DNA from: Macrostomum hystrix
Lineage: Eukaryota > Animalia > Platyhelminthes
Length of the DNA stretch: 64,000 nt
Assembly (NCBI GenBank): GCA_950097015.1
Contig: CATNEN010000031.1
Span: 3,162,001-3,226,000, forward strand
Direction of reading: 5' to 3'
The notes below the pieces were generated by a model. The model was not told the DNA's origin and did not search any database. It was given only the letters and a program-made list of their open reading frames with translations. The number at the start of each line of letters is the position of its first letter. Position 1 is the first letter of the stretch. The position numbers and the translations under genes were made by a program. Shown in pieces: positions 24,053-35,251 of this stretch.

Positions 24053-27000
24053 GTGCTCAGCGCGACGGTAAGGGCATCGGGATATGCGGAACTGTGCTGC
24101 TGTTTCTGTCCTACGGACTCATCTTCCTCACATTGCCCTTCTCTCTCTGCCTCAGCATCAAGGTGAGTTGGCTCATACTATGCGTTAAACTGTTGAAAGA
24201 CCAGGGTTATAATATAATCATTATTGATTATATTTTTGAAACAATATGGATTCGCCAAAGAGGTTTACACAGAGTAATGTTAGTTGTCCTTGTCAACAGG
24301 ATCTTCGACAAGAATCCCTGAATGTCTCGACGATGCTGACTCGGACGGCTTTGAAAGTCAGAAAGGCGGAAAAATGTTGATCCAGATGGTGGACTTTCAC
24401 AAAAATCGGTCATTTAGTTTGGGAGCTGTCGTGAAGTGGGCATTGGGTATTTGAAATGCCCCGTGGTCCTTCCCCAGGGGAAGATAGCCTGGTCTTTCTA
24501 CTGTAAACAGTTTGTAAAAAGAGTCGAGAGTCCACGGCTCGAATTTCATCCACCAGGTTGTGGCCGAGTACGAGCGAGCCGTCATCTTCCGCTTGGGTCG
24601 CATTCTGGAAGGCGGCGCCAAGGGTCCCGGCCTGTTCTTCGTGGTGCCCTGCATGGACATGATCCGCAAGGTCGACCTCAGAACTGTCACATTCGACGTG
24701 CCGCCCCAGGAGGTGCGTCACGGGTGGAGGGGGGAGGTTTGTTAGATGACTGCAGATGGTGTGATGTCTGTGAATTCCTGTAGATTGCATCCTGTCTGTG
24801 AATGCCTGTAGATTGCATCCTGTCTGTGAATGCCTGTAGATTGCATCCTGTCTGTAAATGCCTGTAGATTACATCCTGTCTGTAAATGCCTGTAGATTGC
24901 ATCCTGTCTGTGAATGCCTGTAGATTGCATCCTGTCTGTAAATGCCTGTAGATTGCATCCTGTCTGTGAATGCCTGTAGATTGCATCCTGTCTGTAAATG
25001 CCTGTAGATTGCATCCTGTCTGTAAATGCCTGTAGATTGCATCCTGTCTGTGAATGCCTGTAGATTGCATCCTGTCTGTAAATGCCTGTAGATTGCATCC
25101 TGTCTGTGAATGCCTGTAGATTGCATCCTGTCTGTGAATGCCTGTAGATTGCATCCTGTCTGTGAATGCCTGTAGATTGCATCCTGTCTGTGAATGCCTG
25201 TAGATTGCATCCTGTCTGTGAATGCCTGTAGATTGCATCCTGTCTGTAAATGCCTGTAGATTGCATCCTGTCTGTAAATGCCTGTAGATTGCATCCTGTC
25301 TGTGAATGCCTGTAGATTGCATCCTGTCTGTAAATGCCTGTAGATTGCATCCTGTCTGTGAATGCCTGTAGATTGCATCCTGTCTGTAAATGCCTGTAGA
25401 TTGCATCCTGTCTGTGAATGCCTTTAGATTGCATCCTGTCTGTGAATGCCTGTAGATTGCATCCTGTCTGTGAATGCCTGTAGATTGCATCCTGTCTGTA
25501 AATGCCTGTAGATTGCATCCTGTCTGTGAATGCCTGTAGATTGCATCCTGTCTGTGAATGCCTGTAGATTGCATCCTGTCTGTAAATGCCTGTAGATTGC
25601 ATCCTGTCTGTAAATGCCTGTAGATTGCGTCCTGTCTGTAAATGCCTGTAGATTGCGTCCTGTCTGTAAATGCCTGTAGATAGCGTCCTGTCTGTAAATG
25701 CCTGTAGATTGTTTCCATGTCTGTAAATGCCTGTAGATTGTTTCCATGTCTGTAAATGCCTGTAGATTGTTTCCGTCTGTAAATGCCTGTAGATTTTATC
25801 CTGCCTGTAGATGCCTGTAGATTGTTTCCATGTCTGTAAATGCCTGTAGATTTTATCCTGCCTGTAGATGCCTGTAGATTGTTTCCATGTCTGTAAATGC
25901 CTGTAGATTTTATCCTGCCTGTAGATGCCTGTAGATTGCGCCCTGTCTGTAAATGTCAGGGGAGCAGTGCAGAGATTAAAAAAAACTGGCGTCAGGTGCT
26001 TGACTTGTTGGCCATGAGAAAGTGCTCACACAGCCTTCATTAGATCTGGCAGCAAGTGTTTCCTGGTCAAGTGTTTGTTAAATTAGGCTTAGTATAGTCC
26101 GCTAAGCCAATCCTTGAGGCAGTCTGGGTGAGTCAAGAATTTCTGTGCCAGTTAAGCTGGCAATGGTGAGGACAGCTTTATCAGGCTGGTGGTCAGAGGA
26201 TTTTCCGCTGCTGCTGCTGTTGCTAATCCGATTTGTCTGATTGGAATGCCGGTTGTTTAACAAGGCTCCGAATCTTTGGTATTAACTTTCCAGTGTTATA
26301 TCTGCTCTTTCAAGGAATTCATAAATATTCAAGGAATAAAATCACCAAAAAATAACTTTAAATTCGTGCGTTAAAGAAGTGCGGCATAACAAAAGTGTAC
26401 AATTCTATTAAAAAATGGTGAGTTGGGATAAACAGATAAGGAACGGAAGTATGGATAGTATATACTTTCTTCTTTCTTTCTCCTCATAACAATATTCTTT
26501 TTAGCGCATTCTCAGTTCATTTGAAAGGCCCGCTGCAGTCTTATTAGAATGAAATTGTGGCCTATATATATTGTCTATTTACGAGTCTATATTCGTTCAT
26601 TAAGAGGCTAGAAGTTCCAGAGGAGGCTGAAATATTTCTATATAAATAAATACCGACTTCCTTTAAATAAAGTCACGTTTAATTTATTGCTTACGATTAT
26701 CTGAGCCCATTGATACGCTTGCCAACTAAATGCTAATTTATGGACAATTTTAGCTGGACTGGAAATAAATTGAGATGGCGAAATTTCGCGGTGTAATTGC
26801 ATCCAGGAATAGAATTTTAGCGGGGAAAGAACTGAGCAGTGATAAAAGAGCAAATGTGGCAGCCCTGATGATCAAGGAGTGGAATGAGGAGAGGTGAGCG
26901 ACATGAGTGAGTGATGAATGAAGGATAAGTGACAGATGAGTGACAGACGAGTGACAGATCTAACTGCCTCTCGACCGCGGGTTTCCATATCCGTGAATTG

Positions 27001-30000
27001 CAGGTGTTGACCAAGGACTCCGTCACAGTGGCAGTGGACGCTGTGGTGTACTATCGCATCTACAATCCGGTCATCGCCGTCACCAACGTTGAAGACGCCG
27101 ATCGGTCCACCCGCCTGCTGGCCGCCACCACCCTCCGAAACGTCCTGGGCACCAAGAACCTGTCCGAGATCCTGTCCGAGCGGGAGAGCATCAGCAGCAT
27201 GATGCAGGTACGGAATGCCTGCCTGCCTGTCTCTCCCTGCCTGTCTCTCCCTGCCTGTCTCTCCCTGCCTGTCTCTCCCTGCCTGTCTCTCCCTGCCTGT
27301 CTCTCCCTGCCTGTTTCTCCCTGCCTGTCTCTACCTGCCTGTCTCTCCCTGCCTGTCTCTCCCTGCCTGTCTCTCCCTGCCTGTCTCTCCCTGCCTGTCT
27401 CTCCCTGCCTGTCTCTCCCTGCCTGTCTCTCCCTGCCTGTCTCTCCCTGCCTGTCTCTCCCTGCCTGTCTCTCCCTGCCTGTCTCTCCCTGCCTGTCTCT
27501 CCCTGCCTGTCTCTCCCTGCCTGTCTGTTCCTGACCCACAATTCTGCTCCAAACAGTTCAGAGTTCATTTAGCTTTGAGAGACCGGAAAAGTGCATCTAA
27601 CCCAATCAGTCTCATCTGGGAGCGAGACTCTACAAAAGCAGATCTGTAGGATCCCTTTCTCGCCAGCCCTGATTTGGGACTCAACTCAACTCAAGTCCAA
27701 GGCTTGGAATTTTAATTGAACTTCAGACACACTCACATTTCACTGGCTGTGTTGCTAGGGGCTCTAACTGCAAAGGAAGGCAACAAAAAGCTGATTTACT
27801 TCAACTAATTATCCAGCTGCATTGCATTGGTCTGTTCAAATGACGAACAAACTAATTTCAATCGTCATTAAAGTTTTTGTATTCCGACCGAAATAACCCT
27901 CGATTGATAAAGTGTTTGAAGTGGCAGTTAAAAATTTATACTTTCGAATAGTCTTTCTTATTGGAATAACGATAAGGAGCTGTTAAAAAATTGTTACATT
28001 TTTTTCCTGGATATTTTTCTTTTTATACGTGACAATAATAATAATAATAATAATTGATTACACCTGCCCCAATTGGGTCAGATGTGCAGCCGACAGCACA
28101 GCCGCAGCTAATGCGCGGCGCATCTGAAGGCTGCGTACGGCTGTTCAGTCCATGGACTGGGGGGACGCCACACCCACCTTCAATTATCCCAGCTAATGCT
28201 GGTACCCATTTAACAGCTGGGTGAACTGAAGCAATGCAGAGTCAAGTGTCTTGCTAAAGGACACAAATTGTTTAAGTGGAGTCGGGAATCGAACCCCCGA
28301 CCTTCAAATCGTGAGTCCGACGCTCTAACCACTAGGCTACAACCTCTAGGGGAGGTCACCTATGCGTGAACAAAGTTTCGAAGCCAAATATTTTAAACCA
28401 AAAAATGAGAAACAAAAAATTGAATTTTAAATAATTTAAAAAATTAAATTTCATATACATTGGCAGCAATTGATGGAAATCAAAGTTATTAGGGAATTTC
28501 GAAGAAAAAGGTACAAATAAAAGCAATCGCTATTTGCCCCTTAGGCAAACACCACTGGGGGTATTTCAAATTCCAACAGCCAACTTCACGCCAGCTCCCA
28601 ATCTCTAGCTATCTATTTGCAGGGGGGCAGTTGTCGCACAAGCAACGGAGCGGCACGCCCCCAGACCGGAGAACTAGGCGCTTTAGCGCCCATCGCGCCG
28701 CCTCCCCTGAGCAGGCACACACAGCAGCACAGACCAGCCGGGGAGGGCAGGAGGCACCCAGAATAGGCAGCAGTGCCCCCCACCCCAGCCCCACACGCAC
28801 AGAGCAGACCAAGCCGGGGGGGCGGAAGGCTGATAAGAGATCAGTCCTCAGGGGGGGGCCGGGTGATGAGTGTACACTTATCCAATCGCGCTGACGGAAA
28901 TCCAGAAAGCGCGCGGCGGTGTACACCCGCCCCCCAGCCACCCCCACTGCAAGGCCTCACGCCCCAGCGCCAACGCACACAACTCACACAACGCAGAACA
29001 GGCACACAGAAGGTAGGAGCGAAGCTATTATTTCAAGCTTTGATTGCACGAAATATGGTGCACCTCCGCCGGTCGCTACTGTCCAAACCCTCCAACAGGT
29101 CCCGAAATTAATCGTGACTTGAAGGGGGATTCGAACTAGCGTCCACTGGAGTGCGAGGCAGCGACGCTAGCCGCTGACCCACTCGCCCACCGACAGCTCC
29201 CAAACCGAATGACCGATTTTCTTGAAAGTCTACGGATGGATCAACATTTTCAGCCCTTTTTGATGGACTAACATTCTAAGCCGTCCCAGTAAGCATCGTC
29301 GAGATTCTTGTCGGTGACCCTGATGACAAGGATTCTACCTGTTAATAATATTTTTGAAAGAGTTAAACAAAACTATTTCTAAGAAATATTTTTTAAATTC
29401 GAACATGTGACTAAAATATTGCTATCAAAAAGCATCAAGTTGTCAAAGTTATAACACGTCTGGAATTGGTAAAATTTTGAATACTTTATTGGTTTAGAAA
29501 AAAACTCACCACTATCATCTATAATAATTAAGGAATTTATTTGTATATATATATTACGATCACATTATTTACCAGAATTAAAGAAACGAGCTATTTTTGA
29601 AATGTTATTGCTAAACTCTCTGCGTCTGTTAGATGCAACCAGGCTTCGAAATTTCGAAATCTCTCGTTTTTTTTCTTGCCAAAGCAAAAGGCTTGCTTGA
29701 AAAAAGCCGGACTGACACAGCCCACCCATACAGACTCATGATTCCCGGAAACTAGTTTAAACATCGAGCACAAATTACTTGTCCAATAGGACATCCGTTG
29801 GAAAATGTGAACAAATTTCTGGCTGGGAGGCAATTTTTTGTGATACCAAATACTCGGCATCTGCTCAAAGCTGTCAAAATTTTGCTACTAGATAAAATTG
29901 ACTGGATAGAAATTATGGGATTCCGGAATCCACTGCCCGTTTGTAGCGCAGCAAGTTTTTATTTCAAACAATTTTTTTTAAATTTTGCTACGAGTACTTA

Positions 30001-32655
30001 TTTTATGCTCTTACGGGCCTTCTATTTAGAGCTAGAGGTTGGGAGTTCGAATCTCAGCCCTAAGCGAGCAAATTGTGGCGTTGAGTAATAAAGGCCCTTT
30101 ATTTCGTACTTCCCTTATTTCCTGCGCCAGTTCAGCTGGCAATAAACTTGGGTGGGTCTAGCTACCACCCCAGTCCACGGACTGAAATCACAGCCTCCGG
30201 AAGGCACTCGCTGTACTTGTGGCCCAGTGGGAAATCAGATTTTTCTGGAATTCAGGGTAGTGAAATCTCAGGGAAATGAAATTTCTTGGAAAATGAAATA
30301 TCTGGGAAATGAAATTCCGAGGAAATGAATTTTTATGGAAACAAACTTTTTAGGGAAATGAAGTTTTTGAAAATTCAATTTAGTCCAAGTACTGCAAAAA
30401 CGGTGTTTTGTTTCGCGATGAAAATATTCCATCAAAATCGCTGTGCCAGCAGTAGCTCAAAATCCAGTGCAAGCTGTAAATTTTGCGATTTTTTATTTCA
30501 GGAGTCGCTGGACGAGGCAACGCATCCGTGGGGCGTGAAGGTCGAGAGGGTTGAAGTGTGAGTACTTTTTTTCGTTGAGTATAGTATGGTAGGAGGCATT
30601 GCATAGCACTGATTGCAGGAACATTGTTAGCTTCTTGACCGCGCTTAACCGTGAGAATCTGCAGTAAGGCCTCTTTAAAACCCGATGTGGCATTGCAGCA
30701 AGGATGTCCGACTGCCAGTGCAGCTGCAGAGAGCCATGGCCGCCGAGGCTGAGGCAGCCAGAGAGGCCCGAGCCAAGGTCAGTGCGTGCGATTCACGAAC
30801 TCGCAGTTTGACTCGCTACTGTCAATATATGGGGTGGGGTGTTAGCAGCTTGACAAGATAAGAGGTTGGATTACGTAACAGGGGGTAAGAGAATAAGGCC
30901 AGAATGCGAGAGGCGCACCAATCAGAAGCTGACGAGAGGAAAGAGATAAAATAACTGCGTCACAGACAGACAGAATGTGACTGGAGTGAGAGACAGACAG
31001 AATGTGACTGGAGTGACAGACAGACAGAATGTGACTGGAGTGAGAGACAGACAGAATGTGACTGGAGTGACAGACAGACAGAATGTGACTGGAGTGAGAG
31101 ACAGACAGAATGTGACCGGAGTGACAGACAGACAGAATGTGAATGGAGTGAGAGACAGAATGTGAATGGAGTGAGAGACAGACAGAATGTGAATGGAGTG
31201 AGAGACAGAATGTGAATGGAGTGAGAGACAGACAGAATGTGACCGGAGTGACAGACAGACAGAATGTGAATGGAGTGAGAGACAGACAGAATGTGACTGG
31301 AGTGACAGACAGACAGAATGTGACTGGAGTGACAGACAGACAGAATGTGACTGGAGTGAGAGACAGACAGAATGTGACCGGAGTGACAGACAGACAGAAT
31401 GTGAATGGAGTGAGAGACAGAATGTGAATGGAGTGAGAGACAGACAGAATGTGAATGGAGTGAGAGACAGAATGTGAATGGAGTGAGAGACAGACAGAAT
31501 GTGACCGGAGTGACAGACAGACAGAATGTGAATGGAGTGAGAGACAGACAGAATGTGACTGGAGTGAGAGACAGACAGAATGTGAATGGAGTGAGAGACA
31601 GACAGAATGTGAATGGAGTGAGAGACAGACAGAATGTGACCGGAGTGACAGACAGACAGAATGTGAATGGAGTGAGAGACAGACAGAATGTGACTGGAGT
31701 GACAGACAGACAGAATGTGACTGGAGTGAGAGACAGACAGAATGTGACTGGAGTGAGACAGAATGTGACCGGAGTGACAGACAGACAGAATGTGAATGGA
31801 GTGAGAGACAGACAGAAAGCCTCACTTGTAACTGGGGTAATTTGAACACAAACATGGAAGATGGAGAGACTTTATAGAAGAAAAAACACAGCAAAGAAGG
31901 AGTAACCGCGGCAGGGAGCCGATGGGACCCAGGTTCTCAACTCAGGCAATTTTTGGAATTGACAAGCTTCACCCAAGCAAGCGCTTTCTTTGCCCTGATC
32001 GATTCCTGTCTGATGCGGCCCTTGGCAATTCTTGAAGAGGGAAAAGAGACAATTCTTCTTCCGCTGTCAGGCGTGGCAAAGGGCTTATAGCTGAGGGCAA
32101 GCTACCCAGGTGTTTAATTCAGCCTTCCAAAGAGGCTGTAACAACAATGTAGTGAAGTGAATGAGGTGCAGATGTGGAGAACCATCTTGTCTGCCTTCAC
32201 CCATTCTGTGTGACTTGACTCAATAATTCAAAGGGCGTTAGCTGACAGGATACATTGATGGATGTACTCAGTGTTTGAGCTGCTTGAGTAGCTTAATTCA
32301 GTAAATAGAGACAAAGCCCCCGTCTGTAAATTTGCGTAAAGTTGCACTATATTTATGATAATTTATTCATTATAAAGTACTTTTCCTTCACAAATGAAGA
32401 CTTTCAGCCCCCACAAGCCAAGTTGGTGCATCATGCAATTCCTCTGATTGCCCGCAGGTGATCGCAGCCGAGGGAGAGCAGAAGGCCTCCCGGGCCCTGA
32501 AGGAGGCCGCCGACGTCATCAACGAGTCGCCGTTCGCCCTCCAGCTGCGCTACCTGCAGACTCTGAACACCATCTCGGCTGAGAAGAACTCCACCATCAT
32601 ATTTCCGCTGCCGCTGGAGATTCTCACGCATTTCATGCACAAGCCGCCGCTGTGA
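24053..32655 (+). CDS. Stomatin/mec-2-like SPFH (band 7) protein, constant exons
   Basis: Exons 24053-24162, 24557-24712, 27004-27207, 30502-30557, 30699-30777 and 32458-32655 all have AG/GT boundaries and compatible phases. Translation gives the hairpin membrane anchor GICGTVLLFLSYGLIFLTLPFSLCLSIK, then VVAEYERAVIFRLGR, GPGLFFVVPC, DLRTVTFDVPPQE, VLTKDSVTVAVDAVVYYRI, ATTLRNVLG, PWGVKVERVEVKDVRLP, LQRAMAAEAEAAREARAK, and VIAAEGE...LQLRYLQTL...EKNSTIIFPLP*. These are hallmark stomatin motifs. The exon at 24053 begins in phase 1 with no ATG, so an upstream exon is required. Confidence 0.95.
24190..24505. mobile_element. Partial copy of the same TIR family in a stomatin intron
   Basis: Matches the right half of 32838-33385 and ends CCTGGTCTTTCTACTG. 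Confidence 0.65.
24765..25953. repeat. 28-bp intronic minisatellite (CCTGTAGATTGCATCCTGTCTGTGAATG)
   Basis: Direct inspection. Confidence 0.97.
27217..27528. repeat. 14-bp intronic minisatellite (CCTGTCTCTCCCTG)
   Basis: Direct inspection. Confidence 0.97.
28035..28346 (-). mobile_element. tRNA-derived SINE with CORE-like domain and (ATT)n tail
   Basis: The minus strand reads A box TAGCCTAGTGG, B box GGTTCGATTCC, then TGTGTCCTTTAGCAAGACACTT...CTTCAGTTCACCCAGCTGTTAAATGGGTACC (CORE-like), ending in ATT repeats at about 28035-28055. Confidence 0.8.
28610..29190 (-). mobile_element. Second SINE-like element with a tRNA-like head and a GC-rich structured body, splitting a TIR element
   Basis: Minus-strand head AGTGGGTCAGCGGCTAGCG...CTAGTTCGAATCCCCC (A/B boxes) at about 29185-29125. 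It is flanked by the two halves of the TTAA-family element at 28525-28610 and 29193-29340. Confidence 0.5.
30962..31817. repeat. 27-bp intronic minisatellite (GACAGAATGTGACTGGAGTGAGAGACA)
   Basis: Direct inspection. Confidence 0.97.
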
Positions 32656-32837
32656 GGCAAGACGGAGACTCGAGAAACAGAGGACTGTGTTTTCTGCTTG
32701 TTCACACTCTGCTTGTCATTGGCTACACATTGGGCAAAACTGGGACTGGGGAGCAGAAATTGAGCACAGCTGACTGTGCCAAAGAGCACGAGGACACAAA
32801 TTTGTATTCCTTAGGCTGAGATTCGAACTCCCGACCT

Positions 32838-33385
32838 TTCAGTAGAGATACCACGGGGGTATTTCAAATGCTTTTTTTCTGCATCTCCCAAAATATTCAA
32901 ACAATCGCAAGATGAAAATCCAGAACATAAGGTAGGTACACTTTTCCGCTCTATCCGATGAAAACACTTCCAGAAGCAACGAAACATCGTCGTCGTCGAG
33001 TTATTCAATGATTCTCGTTGGGGTGTCTGGTGGCAAAAATATCAATATCGGCATAATTTTTCTACTAACAAAATTTAATCATGCGACTTTTTGGCTTGTG
33101 CAGTATATTATTATATTATTGAACCAATATGGGTTCGCCATAGATGGTTATACAGAGAAATTTTAGTTGTCCTTGTCACCAGGGTCTTCGACAAGAATAG
33201 CTGAATATCCCGACGGTAATGACGTCGGACGGCTTTGAAAGTCAGTTCATTGTAAAGGGCGGAAAATGTTGATCCATATGGTGGACTTTCACGAAAATCT
33301 GTCATTCGGTTTGGGAGCTGGCGTGAAGTGGGCAGAGGGTATTTGAATTATCCCCATGGGGGAAATATCCTGGTCTATCTACTGT
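32838..33385. mobile_element. Non-autonomous TIR element, same family as 41553-42010
   Basis: CAGTAGAGATACCACGGGGGTATTTCAAAT...GGTATTTGAATTATCCCC...CCTGGTCTATCTACTG. Shares the internal GTTGATCC...GGTGGACTTTCACGAAAATC...GGGAGCTG block. Confidence 0.7.
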
Positions 33386-33888
33386 TGACCTATAGAGAAC
33401 AGGAGATTTACAATAGGACCGTTGTGTGAACTCTCAGCTCTTTAGTTTTCGGCACTAAGCGCTAAAATAATCCGATTGATCTTGGCTTGATTGCTTTGCA
33501 CTTTAAATATGCACTTTAGTCAAGATCAAATCAAATCTAATCCCGCTAGAGTCTTGTATAGCATTGCAGTCCCATTCATGCGAACCGCAAAACAGTCATT
33601 TGTTTCTCTTCTCGTTGTTAAATGACAAAGAAACTTTTTTATTTTCTGTAAATCATGTCGCGAAACCACCAGCCCTTCACACTAGCGCCATTCTTCGGCC
33701 TGTCAGAAAGTTTCATGCGGTTGACACAAACTGAGATTGTGCTGCCGCTGCTGTTTCTGCGCCTTCTCATTGGCGCTCGCGATGCTGCGAACCTCGCTGG
33801 CTTACTGACCCTCTGACGAGATTGTAGAGTCCTCCTGTTTGTTATTCTGTTCCTTCCTCGTTGCGATTAATTAATTAGAGGCGCGATG

Positions 33889-34731
33889 AACCACTGAACC
33901 TTCAGAGCTACTGGAACCACTGAACCTTCAGAGCTACTGGAACCACTGAACCTTCAGAGCCACTGGAACCACTGAACCCTCAGAGCCACTGGAACCACTG
34001 AACCCTCAGAGCCACTGGAACCAATAAAACCTTCAGAGCCACTGGAACCACTGAACCTTCAGAGCTACTGGAACCACTGAACCTTCAGAGCCACTGGAAC
34101 CACTGAACCTTCAGAGCCACTGGAACCACTGAACCTTCAGAGCCACTGGAACCACTGAACCCTCAGAGCCACTGGAACCACTGAACCCTCAGAGCCACTG
34201 GAACCACTGAACCTTCAGAGCCACTGGAACCACTGAACCTTCAGAGGTACTGGAACCACTGAACCTTCAGAGCTACTGGAACCACTGAACCTTCAGAGCT
34301 ACTGGAACCACTGAACCTTCAGAGCCACTGGAACCACTGAACCTTCAGAGCCACTGGAACCACTGAACCCTCAGAGCCACTGGAACCACTGAACCCTCAG
34401 AGCCACTGGAACCACTGAACCTTCAGAGCTACTGGAACCACTGAACCCTCAGAGCCACTGGAACCACTGAACCTTCAGAGCTACTGGAACCACTGAACCC
34501 TCAGAGCCACTGGAACCACTGAACCTTCAGAGCCACTGGAACCACTAAACCCTCAGAGCCACTGGAACCACTGAACCTTCAGAGCTACTGGAACCACTGA
34601 ACCCTCAGAGCCACTGGAACCACTGAACCTTCAGAGCTACTGGAACCACTGAACCCTCAGAGCCACTGGAACCACTGAACCCTCAGAGCCACTGGAACCA
34701 CTGAACCCTCAGAGCCACTGGAACCACTGAG
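33889..34731. repeat. 26-bp minisatellite (GAACCACTGAACCTTCAGAGCCACTG)
   Basis: Direct inspection. Confidence 0.97.
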
Positions 34732-35251
34732 CTCTAAAAGAACGTTGGCTCTCGTGCCATGCAACTGCGCCAGGAAAAATTCTTTTCAATTCATGGCGAG
34801 CCTGATGCACACACTGAGCAGAGTCTGAACTCAGACTCATATAGCTTCTATGCAGTTTTGTAACCAAATTAAGCACAGTTATATTCACTGTTTTATAATG
34901 ATTTAAAAAACCAAAAATGACCCACACTTATATGACACACATATGCATATATAAAAATGTTATATACTGCCGTTTGATTAGCAATTCGCTACATTGCCTA
35001 TCAAATTACGCATTACAAATTAAATTGAATGTAATCTCGATGTGAATACCAATTTTGCTGGCTTATGCACACTTTCGTTTTTCTACACTTGACAGAGAGA
35101 TGTCACTCGATATTCGTCTGATTGTACTCGTATAACTTTTCTTCAGCAAAAGCAACTTATAATACCTTTGTTTTGTAAACAATGTGATGAGATATTTTGT
35201 CGACAATGTACAATAAAATAATAGGCGTTTTCTGACGTTGGTTATTAATAT

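Noticed and set aside
24687-25747. Minus-strand ORFs over the 28-bp array
   Set aside because: Intronic repeat artefacts antisense to the stomatin gene.
33715-33816. 33-aa signal-peptide-like ORF (MRLTQTEIVLPLLFLRLLIGARDAANLAGLLTL)
   Set aside because: Too short, with no donor or downstream exon identified; cannot be supported.
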